Below the pieces are notes generated by a model. The model was not told where the DNA came from, searched no databases, and saw nothing but the letters and a program-made list of their open reading frames with translations. A stretch of 64,000 nucleotides of DNA from the sequence record OX638288. One strand, 5' to 3'. The translations under genes and the position numbers were made by a program. Shown piece by piece: positions 48,647-60,700 of this stretch. Position 1 is the first letter of the stretch; each line of letters begins with the position of its first letter. Source of the DNA: Escherichia phage UP19.

Positions 48647-49582
48647 TTATCCAATTAAAATAGGTGTTGGTGGGTCGAGCAAATCTAATTCTTCGCGAAG
48701 ACGTTCTTTTTCTAAACGAGCTTCTTCAATCAATCGAATGCCATCTACAGTGGTTCCGCCGGCTAATTGCATGCCTTGGTGTTTGGCTAAAATATTACCA
48801 TTGACCTCTTTAACTAATGCCGTAGCGTAATCTTTGACCCAACGGTTATTATACGCGCCATCTTGTAGTCCAAGGTCCTCACCAGCTCTCATTCCAGAAA
48901 TTCGACGCGCAGGATTGTCCCAAATAGCCCCAGGACTCCATTCATTTTCGTCACAGCCACCAGAAGCATATCCATATCCTGCTGTATTCCCGACCATGGA
49001 ATCAACGCCATTAAATGAACGGGTATAAACTTCAATTACAATAAAGTCGCCTTTAACAAAGTTGCCCATTACCTTCAATTGTTCAGTGGCATCATTATAC
49101 CAATAATCAGGCAGCGGAACCAAAAGGTCTTGCATCATAGAACGATATTGCATTAATTGTGTAAAATAACCAAGGTCAGCGCCGAAGGCATTAGGTCCAA
49201 AACTATTACATGAAGACCCAAGACCACCATTAATACCTGCCAAACCTAGTACAAAATCTGTAAACCATGGATAAGTTGCTTGCCCGTCCATAGATGTTAA
49301 AGAGCCAACGTTAGTTCTCAAAATTTGTGTTACTGCAAATATATTACGTCCTTTAAGGTCGAATACACCATTACGGAATTTTTCTTCATCGTCATGGCCA
49401 ATATAAAAAGCCTGATAACCTTTGTTATACCCGTTATAATGGTATTCGCCGTAGAGCTCTAGAGCACGCTGGATGCAATCATATACTTGGTCTGTAGTTA
49501 CTTCAATATTTGTAATCGGTGCACCCAGGCGGCGCAGGATAGCGTCCTTGAGTTGCTTAGGGTTAAATGATTCGCTTGCCAT
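48647..49582 (-). CDS. 13: neck protein gp13
   Basis: 311 aa (T4 gp13 is 309 aa). Confidence 0.9.
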   Translation of the reverse strand: MASESFNPKQLKDAILRRLGAPITNIEVTTDQVYDCIQRALELYGEYHYNGYNKGYQAFYIGHDDEEKFRNGVFDLKGRNIFAVTQILRTNVGSLTSMDGQATYPWFTDFVLGLAGINGGLGSSCNSFGPNAFGADLGYFTQLMQYRSMMQDLLVPLPDYWYNDATEQLKVMGNFVKGDFIVIEVYTRSFNGVDSMVGNTAGYGYASGGCDENEWSPGAIWDNPARRISGMRAGEDLGLQDGAYNNRWVKDYATALVKEVNGNILAKHQGMQLAGGTTVDGIRLIEEARLEKERLREELDLLDPPTPILIG

Positions 49583-49603
49583 ATTTTATTCCTCTAATAA
49601 CCG

Positions 49604-49611
49604 TATTTATA
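49604..49611 (-). promoter_or_regulatory. late promoter TATAAATA (minus strand) for gene 13
   Basis: Plus-strand TATTTATA 22 nt upstream of gene 13 ATG, SD GAGG in between. Confidence 0.6.
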
Positions 49612-49615
49612 GCAA

Positions 49616-49635
49616 AAAAGGGCCGAAGCCCTTTT
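49616..49635 (-). terminator. terminator hairpin AAAAGGGC-CGAA-GCCCTTTT after wac
   Basis: 8-bp stem with T/A runs on both sides. Confidence 0.6.
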
Positions 49636-49636
49636 A

Positions 49637-51841
49637 TTATGGTGCTGAGTTTAAAGTCACAAAATCAGACAATAATACCCATGCGTTATCAACCAGAACA
49701 TACGGGAGTCCGTCTGCAGCAGGAGCCACTGGTGGACGTTTAGCTAATTCTGTTTCTAAGGCCGTAATTTTACCTTCGGCAGCGGTTAAACGGATTCCTA
49801 AATCGGCAACTTTATCAGATTCAACTTTAACTGCGGCCAAACCTGTTTCAAGAGTACCAACTTTACCTTCGACCGTGCCTAAACGGGTATTGATTCCTGC
49901 TACTTTATCTGATTCGACTTTAACAGCAGCTAAACCTGTTTCAAGAGTACCAACTTCACCTTCAACAGCGGCTAAACCAGACTCAAGGGTAGTTATTTTA
50001 CCTTCAGCTGTGGTCACACGAGTTGTTAAAGGAGCTATTTTAGCGGTATCTAATTTAATATCAGTAATTTCGCCTTCATTAGCTGCTACTCGCCCGGTTA
50101 AAGTAACGATATCACCTTTATTCTTGGTTATATCGGCTTTAATAGGGGTTAATTGTGATTCTATAGAACTCACATCTAAAGCCAAAGCCGTAACATCAGA
50201 ATCGGTTGTATCCGTCTTGGTTTCCAATGCGGTTATTTTGCCATTAATAGTTACGTCACTTTCTTCCAAAGCAGTAATACGATTATCTTGCTCGGTGTCT
50301 TTGGATTTTAGCAAAACGACATCTGCTTTAATTTCTCCTACCGAAGTGTTTAAAGCACCAGTTCTAGTATCAAGAGAAGAAATGGAGGCGTCATTAGTAT
50401 CGACTCTGGAAGTTAAAGCGGTCACTTTACCATTGGTAACAACCAAATCGGCTTTAACAGTTTCTATTTCTGTGGAATTATTAACAACTTCAGCCCATGC
50501 CGCATTTCGACGTGCATAGAGTTTACCATCAGAAGGTGCATCACCCAATTTACCTTGCATCTGGGTTTCTAAAGAAGTAACCGCATTAATAAGACCACGT
50601 TCTTCTACGGTAGCTCCGTTAGGGTTCGTCCCGTCAACCTTATTTGTGAGCTTAAGCAAAGTACCTTTTATACCGGATTGGTTGTTACCAATTTCTACCT
50701 GAATATCCTGGATGGATGAGGTAGATTGGTTTGCTTGAATAATAACATCATTCAAACGCTTATTAATTGTGCCAGCAGCAGGAGACACTTCACTACCAAG
50801 GCGTCGATTAATATCGGAAACCTGGAAACGAAGCCCTTCACTAGAACTATTACCAACAACGGTTTTTAAATCATTTACATCAGTACGAAGTCCACTTAAA
50901 CGTCCATTAATAGATGCCGGTGCAGACTCAGAACCGATTTGAGTTTCTATAGAAGTTACTCTAGGTTTTAAATCATCGTTAACTGAATTTTCTAAGGTAA
51001 AGGTTTTGCTTTCTAAAGTAGTTACTCGGTCCTTTATAGGCATACCAGAGAAATCAATATTATCCTTAATTTCGTCAATAGCCGTATTAAAATTAACTGC
51101 AGCCGTTTCTAATACTGAAATTCGGGTATATGCAGGTTGTTTACCTACCGTATCAGAATGTGGTCCTAATTCGGCACGAATTTCATTTAGTTTAATACCT
51201 AATTGCCCAACATCAGAATCTTCATAGTTTCTTTCAAGGGTATCAATACGAAGACGGTGGTCCACCAATTCAGTGGTATTATCCATGATGCGGCGTTTTA
51301 TACCAGTGGCTTCGCTAGTTTCACCCGGAGGTAAAGGATTACCGTTTATATCCTGGTCCTCATAGTGACCAATTTCATTTTTAAGAAGAACAATATTTTC
51401 ACGTACAGTTAAATATGGGCCGTCTTGTAAAGGGTCATGGTATCCAACATCTTCACGCAAGAAATCAAAATTGGTTGTTAAGGTGTCCAATTTTTCTGTT
51501 GTATCTTCAGTGACTTTTTTAAGGTCTACAATATCAACACGGTTTTTCTCTATTTGTTGAATGATAGAAATATCTGTTGACATTTCTAAAGCGTCATTGA
51601 TATTATTAACGTTTTCTATAAGCTCATTAACTTTATCAGCAGTTTTTAAATCGTTGGCATCAAGAGCTTCTACGTTTTTCTGAACTCCTAAAGCAGCAGC
51701 GTTCAAATTACCTTCATTGCCGTATTTTGTTTTTGCTGCAGACATACAATCACCCTCGCGTATCCATTGGATACGCTTTTGAGGAGCATCAGGTACGCCG
51801 TCAACAAATGGTAACTCACTAAGTTCCAATTTGTTAATCAT
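49637..51841 (-). CDS. wac: fibritin (whisker/collar protein), expanded coiled-coil variant
   Basis: 734 aa (T4 fibritin is 487 aa); N-terminus ..LPFVDG.PDA.QKRIQWI..; heptad-rich rod with internal tandem repeat; C-terminal foldon-like ..DGLPYVLVDNAWVLLSDF.. Confidence 0.9.
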   Translation of the reverse strand: MINKLELSELPFVDGVPDAPQKRIQWIREGDCMSAAKTKYGNEGNLNAAALGVQKNVEALDANDLKTADKVNELIENVNNINDALEMSTDISIIQQIEKNRVDIVDLKKVTEDTTEKLDTLTTNFDFLREDVGYHDPLQDGPYLTVRENIVLLKNEIGHYEDQDINGNPLPPGETSEATGIKRRIMDNTTELVDHRLRIDTLERNYEDSDVGQLGIKLNEIRAELGPHSDTVGKQPAYTRISVLETAAVNFNTAIDEIKDNIDFSGMPIKDRVTTLESKTFTLENSVNDDLKPRVTSIETQIGSESAPASINGRLSGLRTDVNDLKTVVGNSSSEGLRFQVSDINRRLGSEVSPAAGTINKRLNDVIIQANQSTSSIQDIQVEIGNNQSGIKGTLLKLTNKVDGTNPNGATVEERGLINAVTSLETQMQGKLGDAPSDGKLYARRNAAWAEVVNNSTEIETVKADLVVTNGKVTALTSRVDTNDASISSLDTRTGALNTSVGEIKADVVLLKSKDTEQDNRITALEESDVTINGKITALETKTDTTDSDVTALALDVSSIESQLTPIKADITKNKGDIVTLTGRVAANEGEITDIKLDTAKIAPLTTRVTTAEGKITTLESGLAAVEGEVGTLETGLAAVKVESDKVAGINTRLGTVEGKVGTLETGLAAVKVESDKVADLGIRLTAAEGKITALETELAKRPPVAPAADGLPYVLVDNAWVLLSDFVTLNSAP

Positions 51842-51850
51842 TTTTTACCC

Positions 51851-53377
51851 TTATTCTACTTTAATAATAAAAAGAACGGACATTGTCCAAGGACGTGTTT
51901 CATTTGCAATAAGTCCTTCACTATTCAGTGTGGTATGGCCATCACGGTTCCAAGGTTCAGTGGTCTCAAACCCTTCGTTAGTATAATAACTACGGTTATC
52001 CCAGTCAAGTCCTTTACGAGTACCAACATACCCAGAGTTAGCGGTGTTACCAAAAGCACCATAGTTATCATGTTCACCAAAACCACCGGCGTGTTTATGA
52101 TAACGTAATGCTTGGGCTTGAACAGAAGATTGTGGGAACGAACCTACACCGTTACCTAAACGGGCTTTACCTTTACCGTCTTCTCCTCGGTTACCGGCAA
52201 TATGTGGGTTAACTTCACCTTCAGAATATCCACCAACCATGTTAGCACCGCGAGGATACAATCCACGGAAATCTGGAATAGCACCCCACCATCCCCAACG
52301 TCCGCCAACAGCATTTAAATATGCACCACCAGTATAAGTCCCACCTACACAAGCTCGCCATTTGCCCGGGATATTACCTTCATGTCCACCCCACATACAA
52401 ATAGTACCTACCGGAACGCTATCTGATAATTGGTCGTGGGTAACAACATCAACACCATTACGACGTAATGCGCCATTAACGTTTAAAGTACCCCATATTT
52501 CACCACCTGAAGTAGAAATAACGTTAGCATTATAAGCCAGGGCCGTATTACCATCGCCTTGTCCTACTGTAGTAGTTAAACGCACCAAGCCAATTCGTCC
52601 TGTATTACCTGTACGAGCTAGCAAAGATGCCGGAGTAACAGCGGCGGTATGGTCAGTACCATTAGATACCATATCCCAACCTGCGAGTTTAATAATACCA
52701 CTTCTGGCTTCGGTGGAAGTTAATGTGGCTAATCCGGCTGGAGAAATAGCAATACCTACCGAAAGACTTCCATTGCCAACTTCAGCATTAGTAGCTAAAC
52801 GAACCAAACCTTCATTTGTGGTCGTTGCCGTAGAATAAACCGGTAACGCTGCTGTGGCCGCACCAATTGCTTGAGATACTTTAAGTGGGGTCATTGCTGT
52901 GGTATCATCGGTACCAGCTAATGCAGCAGGCGTAGTTGAAATCTTGATAACGCCTGTAGTGTTCTCTGTTGATAAACGGTTCTCAAATGTATAATCCATT
53001 ACCGCTTTCAAAGAGGTTGCTACGATTGCAGCCTGGGGCTCTGTGCCTGCTATAGCTTCAGCATTAGTAGCATAACGGGTAATACCTACATAAGTTTCTG
53101 ATGCCTGAGTAGGAATATCTAAACGTGCTTTTAAAGTTGCAGGGGTCACTGCACTATAAGCATCCAACCCATCCATTACTTCTTGTGTTGTGGCAAGACG
53201 AATAATACCTTGGGATGTTTCTGTGGCTGAAGGAACATTACCTGTGACACCGATTAATGAAATAGCCGCCAATGCTTCTTGAACATTAGTAATATCAGGC
53301 GGGAAATTCGACCCAGTAGGGTCGAATGATTTGAATTCCGATTTATCACTAATGTGTTTTAGTGTGTTTGTTGACAT
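51851..53377 (-). CDS. 12: short tail fibre protein gp12
   Basis: 508 aa (T4 gp12 is 527 aa); ..FDPTGSNFPPDITNVQEA.. Confidence 0.9.
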   Translation of the reverse strand: MSTNTLKHISDKSEFKSFDPTGSNFPPDITNVQEALAAISLIGVTGNVPSATETSQGIIRLATTQEVMDGLDAYSAVTPATLKARLDIPTQASETYVGITRYATNAEAIAGTEPQAAIVATSLKAVMDYTFENRLSTENTTGVIKISTTPAALAGTDDTTAMTPLKVSQAIGAATAALPVYSTATTTNEGLVRLATNAEVGNGSLSVGIAISPAGLATLTSTEARSGIIKLAGWDMVSNGTDHTAAVTPASLLARTGNTGRIGLVRLTTTVGQGDGNTALAYNANVISTSGGEIWGTLNVNGALRRNGVDVVTHDQLSDSVPVGTICMWGGHEGNIPGKWRACVGGTYTGGAYLNAVGGRWGWWGAIPDFRGLYPRGANMVGGYSEGEVNPHIAGNRGEDGKGKARLGNGVGSFPQSSVQAQALRYHKHAGGFGEHDNYGAFGNTANSGYVGTRKGLDWDNRSYYTNEGFETTEPWNRDGHTTLNSEGLIANETRPWTMSVLFIIKVE

Positions 53378-54042
53378 TAATATAATCTCTTATAGTAATA
53401 TAAAGGAATCGTGCCGTTAACTGTACCACCTGCTAACGATTGGGTAGAGTTACCTAAGTATTCCCACTTACCATATCCGGCCCTTGGCTGCTGGACTATA
53501 GTATGGGAAATTGTACAACCCGATTGTTTATATGGTGAAAAAATATGATTCTGATAGTCATTGTATTTAATATTCAAGGTAGATTGGTCTAAGGCGTCAA
53601 TAGCTGTTTCGGCTAAAATATAGCTATTAGCAATGGCGTCTAAAAATACATCATTTACTTTAGATGCAACCAATACAGATGAATCACCAACTAAGACCTC
53701 TACAGGAAGTCCAAACACTTTAATAATAACCGGGTCGCCAAGTTCGCCGCCTGAAGAAATAGAACCGGTAAATGTAATTTTATCAGATTGTTGGATAAAT
53801 CCAGGTGCTCTGTTTTCTGTGGTAATAATAACAGAGTTCACAGGAAGCTCTGTTCTAAATGCAATATCATCTATTGCACTTTGGACTGTAGGAAAATAAA
53901 CACCCTTCTGGGTTTGGTTTGCAGAAGGGCCACCGATAGGTCGTTGGTCAGCGACAGCAGTAGGCTTGTCACTGGTGTAAGATAATTCCAAATAGTCAGC
54001 TAAGCGGGATTTTAACCCGCTTTTCATTTCAGTTAAAGTCAT
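53377..54042 (-). CDS. 11: baseplate wedge protein gp11 (short-fibre attachment)
   Basis: 221 aa (T4 gp11 is 219 aa). Confidence 0.9.
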   Translation of the reverse strand: MTLTEMKSGLKSRLADYLELSYTSDKPTAVADQRPIGGPSANQTQKGVYFPTVQSAIDDIAFRTELPVNSVIITTENRAPGFIQQSDKITFTGSISSGGELGDPVIIKVFGLPVEVLVGDSSVLVASKVNDVFLDAIANSYILAETAIDALDQSTLNIKYNDYQNHIFSPYKQSGCTISHTIVQQPRAGYGKWEYLGNSTQSLAGGTVNGTIPLYYYKRLY

Positions 54043-55853
54043 TATGCAATCCTCATCCAGCGATGAACAGTTAAGTATGGTGGTAGAGTATTAACCGGGA
54101 TAGGAGTGGTCCCTTGAGCCTTATTAATACTGGCTTTATCTTCACGATATTTTGTATAAGCCGGTCCTTGTGAATCAGGGTCAACTAAACATCCACCTAC
54201 AAAAATAGGGCCATCATTATCTGCAATAAGGACTTTATCATCTGTATTAAGTTCTGGGATATTCTCATATTTCAAATTAGCCACATGAGCACCACCGGTC
54301 CCGCCTGCAGTTGATTGTGGAACACCCGCTGAATCCAGGTCGTTATTATTTGCATTAAACAAAGAACTAGCGTCAGGAGACCAACCTACCAAGAACACAT
54401 CAGATAAACGCTTCCATGAACCAAAGCCCATATAAGTTTTAGGGTTATTAGGATTCACCGTGTTCTCATAGATGGTTCCTACAGGGTAAATTAAATCAAA
54501 AAATGTCGATGCCGTATCTATTGTAATATTAGATGGGGCGACAGGTTCAACGTTAGGTGCAAAAGGATTATCTACATCAGTGATACGAACCTGGCCTGAT
54601 ATATCAATAGAAGGGCCTTTAGAAATATAGATGTTGTTGGTATAATCCAAAATCTCATCAATTTCCATGGTAGTGCCGATATCGTTATTGTACCAAATTA
54701 CCGTAAGAATATCGCCATGTTCAAAGTCACGTCCAAATTCGATGGATTCAATCTTATCTTCAGGGGTCAAATTAAAAATATAGTCTGATTTAGATTGAGT
54801 CCATTGCCCACCTGCATTAAAACACTCGGTAGCAGTACGTCCGTCGGCACCTTCACAATAAAACGAAGGAAGGCCTGCAGTACCAGCTTGATGAAGTAAT
54901 GTGCTATTAAGCATGACTTGGCAAGCATTTGGGTTGATAGGACTGTTAACGGAAATATTCAAATCAGCTGCTGATATAACATGTGAAGTACTCAAATCAC
55001 CCACGAAAGAAGAACCAGGAACAGAAACGTCTTTAGTCAATTCTGAACTTTTGATTGTTATATCACGGCGGTTATAAGAACTGCGCCATTGGGCAAGTCC
55101 GTCATTATACGATTTGATAATAACAGTATCACCTGCTTCGCATGGATATTTTAAACGGATGTCCTTACCATTCAAGGCAACCAATTCACCTGGTTGAGCA
55201 CCTGGAGAACCAAACTCTGCGGTAGCAGCATCAAAAATATCATCAACACCATAGAACAAATTGTTACCACGTTGCGAAACGCTTAAACTTGCTACGTTGT
55301 AAGAAAGGCCAGGGAAAACATCTAGAAAATCTGTTTGACCTTCAGTAGCAATAAACTGCTTGGTTGCTACGGTAGCAAGGTCGTTATTTGGAATACGGTT
55401 TACTTGCTTATTTTCAACATATTCCCAACGACCAGGCGCACAATAAACCAATTCAAGGTCAGAGAAGTTGCGAGCAATTTCAACTTGAGTAGCTGAACCC
55501 TTAATGGTATCACCTGTGGCAGGGATTAAGGTTACTGGGTTAGCTTGCCATGAAGAATACACATCACGTACACGGATAACAAAGTTATATTCTTCAGGAG
55601 AGCCTTTAGGAAGCTGGACGTTAATACGCCCACCCTGGGTATTAAGGGTATAGCTATGGCCCATTACGGCATTCAACAAAGCACCGTCTTCAGTAGAATG
55701 TTGTTTCCAAGCGCCTGCGGCATGTGGGTTATTGCCGTCGCCTAATTGGTAATAAAGCTCATTGAAGTTGTTATTAATTTTAAGACCACCTGCACGCAGG
55801 TAATCACCGGACCCGTCATCAACAGCGGAACCTACTTTTAAGTCTTGTTTCAT
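54042..55853 (-). CDS. 10: baseplate wedge protein gp10
   Basis: 603 aa (T4 gp10 is 602 aa). Confidence 0.9.
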   Translation of the reverse strand: MKQDLKVGSAVDDGSGDYLRAGGLKINNNFNELYYQLGDGNNPHAAGAWKQHSTEDGALLNAVMGHSYTLNTQGGRINVQLPKGSPEEYNFVIRVRDVYSSWQANPVTLIPATGDTIKGSATQVEIARNFSDLELVYCAPGRWEYVENKQVNRIPNNDLATVATKQFIATEGQTDFLDVFPGLSYNVASLSVSQRGNNLFYGVDDIFDAATAEFGSPGAQPGELVALNGKDIRLKYPCEAGDTVIIKSYNDGLAQWRSSYNRRDITIKSSELTKDVSVPGSSFVGDLSTSHVISAADLNISVNSPINPNACQVMLNSTLLHQAGTAGLPSFYCEGADGRTATECFNAGGQWTQSKSDYIFNLTPEDKIESIEFGRDFEHGDILTVIWYNNDIGTTMEIDEILDYTNNIYISKGPSIDISGQVRITDVDNPFAPNVEPVAPSNITIDTASTFFDLIYPVGTIYENTVNPNNPKTYMGFGSWKRLSDVFLVGWSPDASSLFNANNNDLDSAGVPQSTAGGTGGAHVANLKYENIPELNTDDKVLIADNDGPIFVGGCLVDPDSQGPAYTKYREDKASINKAQGTTPIPVNTLPPYLTVHRWMRIA

Positions 55854-56713
55854 TATACTGGAACTCCAATAGTTTGGGTTTCTACGACCTTAATTGCAAG
55901 CCTCATAGGGTTGACAGAAGAAACGGTCGCGATAATATAGTTTGATGTATCGAATTTAAAATCCATGGAATAAATTTCATCATCATCTGAAGTTTGTCCA
56001 CGTTTAATAACTGCGTATTCAGTGGAATAAATCTTTTTAGCTTGGTTGTCAATAAACACAAGATATTCTGAAGCTTTGTAAATGGTTTCGTTGGCATTCA
56101 CCGCCGTAACTAAAAGTTTGACCAATGAATACTGGCCTGAATAAACCACCGGGATATCACGAGCTACAGAAGATATATTATATGTCTTATTTAATGGAAC
56201 TCGTTTATCGCCAAACATGCTTTCAATTGAATAATCCCATACAGCCACACCGTTTGTATCCGATACACACCATAAAAGAACTCGTGTATAAGGTGTTACA
56301 ATACGCAGGGTTGAAGTAGGATGACTTGCAAAAGTATCTAATATGCGGATTTCAAGATAATTAGTAGAAGAAATACTTCCATTAGAGTTGATAATCTCTA
56401 TTCCTTCACCAACGGCACCTTTTACAGTAGTCAGTACAATAGAACCGGTAGAAGCATCAATATCCACCAAAGAGCCTAAATCAACAGAACTTGCTTGGTC
56501 GGTATCTCCGAATTTTTGATAGTATCCTGTGGCGTGTAATTTCTGGCCGGTCAATTCACCGGTTAAAGCGGTTTTACGTTGGTCGCCAAAAGTATTATAG
56601 ATGTTATTTAAGTCGGTGTTCAGTTTAACACCACCATCATAAAGGATGTCGCCGGTGCTGGCATTACCAATTTCACCGACGTCAATTAGTTCTTTACCAG
56701 TTTGCTTAATCAT
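55853..56713 (-). CDS. 9: baseplate wedge protein gp9 (long tail fibre socket)
   Basis: 286 aa (T4 gp9 is 288 aa). Confidence 0.9.
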   Translation of the reverse strand: MIKQTGKELIDVGEIGNASTGDILYDGGVKLNTDLNNIYNTFGDQRKTALTGELTGQKLHATGYYQKFGDTDQASSVDLGSLVDIDASTGSIVLTTVKGAVGEGIEIINSNGSISSTNYLEIRILDTFASHPTSTLRIVTPYTRVLLWCVSDTNGVAVWDYSIESMFGDKRVPLNKTYNISSVARDIPVVYSGQYSLVKLLVTAVNANETIYKASEYLVFIDNQAKKIYSTEYAVIKRGQTSDDDEIYSMDFKFDTSNYIIATVSSVNPMRLAIKVVETQTIGVPV

Positions 56714-56755
56714 AGGTATGCCTCATTATTGATATACTGTATTTATTAAACCCGA

Positions 56756-56773
56756 AAGGGCCTTGCGGCCCTT
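56756..56773 (-). terminator. stem-loop AAGGGCC-TTGC-GGCCCTT after gene 8
   Basis: 7-bp stem; followed in transcript orientation by TTTAATAAATA (near-consensus late promoter) and SD for gene 9. Confidence 0.5.
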
Positions 56774-56774
56774 A

Positions 56775-57779
56775 TTAGAATTCGAAGACAATGTTAATTT
56801 CTTCTGTTTGGTCCATGGAACGAATAACCGGAGGACGGTTTTCCATATAAATCATTTCACCGGAATGGCGGGAGAGGTCTATAACATCATAGTACTCTTT
56901 TTCGGCTTTGATGATCGGGTCGGATGGGTGGGCTTTAGCTTCTAACGGGTTAGAAATTATCGAAAGCTGTCTAAAACCTTTGTTTCCTGGGAGACTAAAT
57001 TCAGGGAAATAAACCGAATCTAAGAATGCTTTAAAGCGAATAGTATTGGCTTTAATACGGTAAATTAACCCATAATCGTCTTGTTGCCAAGTGAGGTTAT
57101 TCTCGTATCCCCAACGTTCTGGGTCCTCAGCAATTTCTTCTGGCCATGGAACTACAATATATTCATTAGTGCATCGGTTAATACTTACATCAGGTGGAAT
57201 CTCATACAAATATTCCCAGAGATATCCGTCACCAGTATCCACCATACCTTCCGTATCACCCTGTCCTGCCGGGGCTTTAACTGATTGCACATTTGAAGTC
57301 CATTTGCCACCAAGTTTAACACACTCGGTTTTATTATCAAGGGTCAAAATAGAACATGTACCTGATTCAGGAATATCTACACAACGATAAACCATCCACC
57401 CAGCACCTACATCAGTACGGTTTTGTGGCTGGCTATTCGCTACCACAATTTCGCCGATCTGGAAAGTAAATGGGTTAGGATAAGTTGTGTCACCCCAGTC
57501 TTTGCGTGGGACAACACAATCCAGCATACTCTTATAAACCTTAACACAACCCATCATGTTGGTCCAGACGTCTTCTACGCCTTCAGAATCATCTACAGGA
57601 TAGGGTGGTGCAAAACCAGGGTCATTTTCGTTATCGGCCCACGGTCGGGCCCTTCCGAAAGATACATACATAGTGTTCTGGTCTTCACCGTCACCTATTG
57701 TTCTGTAAAAGTTGTACATTTTTTCCGTTCTAAATTTTGAAGTAACAATAGAACGATAAACTACTGTAGAATTAATCAT
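56775..57779 (-). CDS. 8: baseplate wedge protein gp8
   Basis: 334 aa (T4 gp8 is 334 aa). Confidence 0.9.
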   Translation of the reverse strand: MINSTVVYRSIVTSKFRTEKMYNFYRTIGDGEDQNTMYVSFGRARPWADNENDPGFAPPYPVDDSEGVEDVWTNMMGCVKVYKSMLDCVVPRKDWGDTTYPNPFTFQIGEIVVANSQPQNRTDVGAGWMVYRCVDIPESGTCSILTLDNKTECVKLGGKWTSNVQSVKAPAGQGDTEGMVDTGDGYLWEYLYEIPPDVSINRCTNEYIVVPWPEEIAEDPERWGYENNLTWQQDDYGLIYRIKANTIRFKAFLDSVYFPEFSLPGNKGFRQLSIISNPLEAKAHPSDPIIKAEKEYYDVIDLSRHSGEMIYMENRPPVIRSMDQTEEINIVFEF

Positions 57780-60700
57780 TAATTTTTACCTGAGTTGGAA
57801 CTTTAGGGTCTCTAGGATTTCCAATATCGTCTTTAAGACGCTTATCAACCAGTGCCCGCCAATTGGCAAAAGTCACAGCACTTTGGTCAAACAATGGACT
57901 ATGCTTTTTAATACGTTCGTGTGGTAATTGACCTTGGAATACAGAGAAATCATTTTCTGCATCATAATCAGCAGGAATATCAAACGGTTCACCTGCTTTA
58001 GGTCCAACGTTGTACATCGGAGCACCTGTACGAGGGTCTCGTTCTATATTACCATCAAAACCTATTACAGCAACTCTATCATACCATTCAGATGGCAAAC
58101 CTGAGTCCCATTTATAGTTCTTAAGGATATTAATAATGGTTTCTGTATGTTTTAGTGTTAAACCAACGTTAACAAACATAGAAAGCAAAGTTATACCTAT
58201 AAAGCCGAAACCTACCGGGTGAACAAATCTCAAAACGTCGTTGCGATAACGAGAGGTTGGGAGATTAGACTTAATAGTCATCACATAGTAAGAACGGTTA
58301 CGGTTGATATAATCGATATTGTTACTCAAAAGCTCTTTGCCGCGAACACCTTGAACAATCATACCCTTAAATGAAGTACGTTCAGATTTGATTTCCTGAC
58401 CGACTATAAAACGACCTAAAAGATTATGAATGGTTAAACGCCATTGCAATTTACCATCTTTGTAATTTCGTTCTATATAAGTAACATTACTTCTTCCTGT
58501 AGGAGTATAAATCGTTTGGCCTACGATATCTTCACTGATATTGTCGGATTCTACGATGATATCATATTCGATAGAGTTCTTGGACTCGATATCAATTTCG
58601 ACATCTTCATTATAAAGCAATTTAAACAGGAATTTATATGAAGCTTCAGTACCTTTAGTTGACCAAAAATCAGACTGACGAGCTTGGAAAAATCTAACAA
58701 CTTCGTCGCGTTTTTCTTTTGACAAATAGATATTACGTTTATAAATTTCAGACCATAGGTATTCCCATGAGTCTTCTTCACGAGGATACTGATTACGAAT
58801 AAGGTTTAACAAATTATTATAATGAGTACCAGAACCATCACTAATAAACTGTAGATAATATTCGCAGAATTTTTCAAAATTGGAATCTTGGAGTAAATAA
58901 CTATCCGGAACCATTTTGACCAATAACGGTTTCAAATCAGGGTCTTGTTCGCCAGTCTCTTCTTTAGGGGCCCATGGAATTTCATGCTCTTGGTTTTGGA
59001 GCTCTGCCGTAAACATAATTTCTTTAGGCTTCCAAATAACACGAACTTCATCACGCACACGATAGTCGAATTCAAAATAACCAACTAATTCACCCGTAGA
59101 TTTGTGAATCATCATACCGGAGGAATATTTTTTAAAGCCATTAAATTCGATATTAGGGGACGTAACTTTGCAAAATCCTTTATTCCAAATCTCATGAACA
59201 ATACGTTCTGGTGATGAACCACTATTAAGGTCGATTACTTTCTGATACAAAGCATCGTTATAAACAACCATCGCATGGTCACCTGTAGTAATCCAAGAAC
59301 GGGTTCCATCACGACGTGACCAACTGAAGAATGGTTCAGCATAATAAGCCATACGGCCTGGTTTAAATTCTTTAAAATCTGATTTAGAGTTGGACCTAAA
59401 GCTCATCATCAAATAATGCTTATTATGAATCCACTGTTCGTCTTTAACGTATTTAACGGCCGAAGTAACAATTTCAGGATATTTCCAAGGAAGTTCAGAA
59501 TCAACCTCTACTTCGTATCTAAAGTTGCTTGAACTGAAAAATAATTCTTCACCATCTGTAGACATGCTAGTATATCCATGCTCTATACGACGACGTTCTT
59601 CTTCAGTATTTCCGAATACACGAGTCCAAGTATCTGTTTCTACATCCAACCAATAGACACCTTTAGATTCAGAATCAATTACGTTAGCCTCTACTGTAGG
59701 GTCCATTTTTTCTTCTTTAACTTCGCCTGTAATTAAAGCAAACGTATGCCCTTGGATAGAATCTAATTTATAGCAAACAGCTTTAGGGTTCCCTGTGATA
59801 GTTGAATATCCGCTTTCAAATATCTTCTCGCCGTAAGTTGGTGAGCTAGGGTCAGTGTCTATAGGGGCCTCGGATGTTTTTGCTTTATAAACTCTGTCTC
59901 TACCCGCAACATAAATGAAATCGTCAGAAGCACACATAGCTTCGGCAATAGTGGAAATAGGCAATGGGAGTTTTGCGTATGACCCAAATATTTCTATTTC
60001 AAACGGAAGGTCGATATCACTACCGATTTTAGCAAATGTTACATCCTGAGAACTAAAGCGAACGTCATCAGCAGACCATCTAATATCACTTGATTTACGC
60101 CCGTAAAATATTTGGTCATAACCTAGTACATATGTAGTAGTTTCTGTTTGGTAATGAGCCGTTCTAGATACCGGATTACCCACTCTATCGTTAAACAATC
60201 TAATATAGTGCCAGTTTTGTCCTTTATCATTAGAAACTTTAGCTGTGCTTTGGAATCTTTCTAAAAGATACAGAACTCCACCAAGTTCCATTAAAATAGA
60301 ACGTCTAGGGTCTTTACAAACTGCTTGAATGCTTCCTTGGATTTCATGGAATCGGTCGGCTTTTAAAACATAATTTGATATAGATGACAAATGTGAATAC
60401 GCCGGCGTAAAGTTAAAATCTTCCGTCATTAAGGAAGCCATAATGGCATCAGTATTAAAGTTCACATAATTCTGATTATTTTTTGTGAATTTTTCTTCAA
60501 TAAATTTATTAGACAATGTGAATTCACGCATATGCTCAAATGTATATGCGTTGGTAGAGAAAGTTTCAAATTCTTCAGTGTAAACCCACTCAGACTGCTC
60601 AAACCCCTGAGCAGCGACCGCAACTCGCATTTTATAAAATGAATTAGGAGAAATGAATGCCTCTTCAAACCATTCGTTATTAGGGGTGTAACCTAAATTT

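Noticed and set aside
49810-49995. Possible CRISPR-like periodic repeat
   Set aside because: Only two copies, 93-nt period, in frame inside wac and encoding a heptad coiled coil; not a repeat-spacer array
49473-50519. 348-aa plus-strand ORF antisense to wac
   Set aside because: Lies entirely inside the fibritin coding region on the opposite strand; Ser/Thr/Ala/Val-rich translation typical of the reverse frame of a repetitive coiled-coil gene; no SD or promoter
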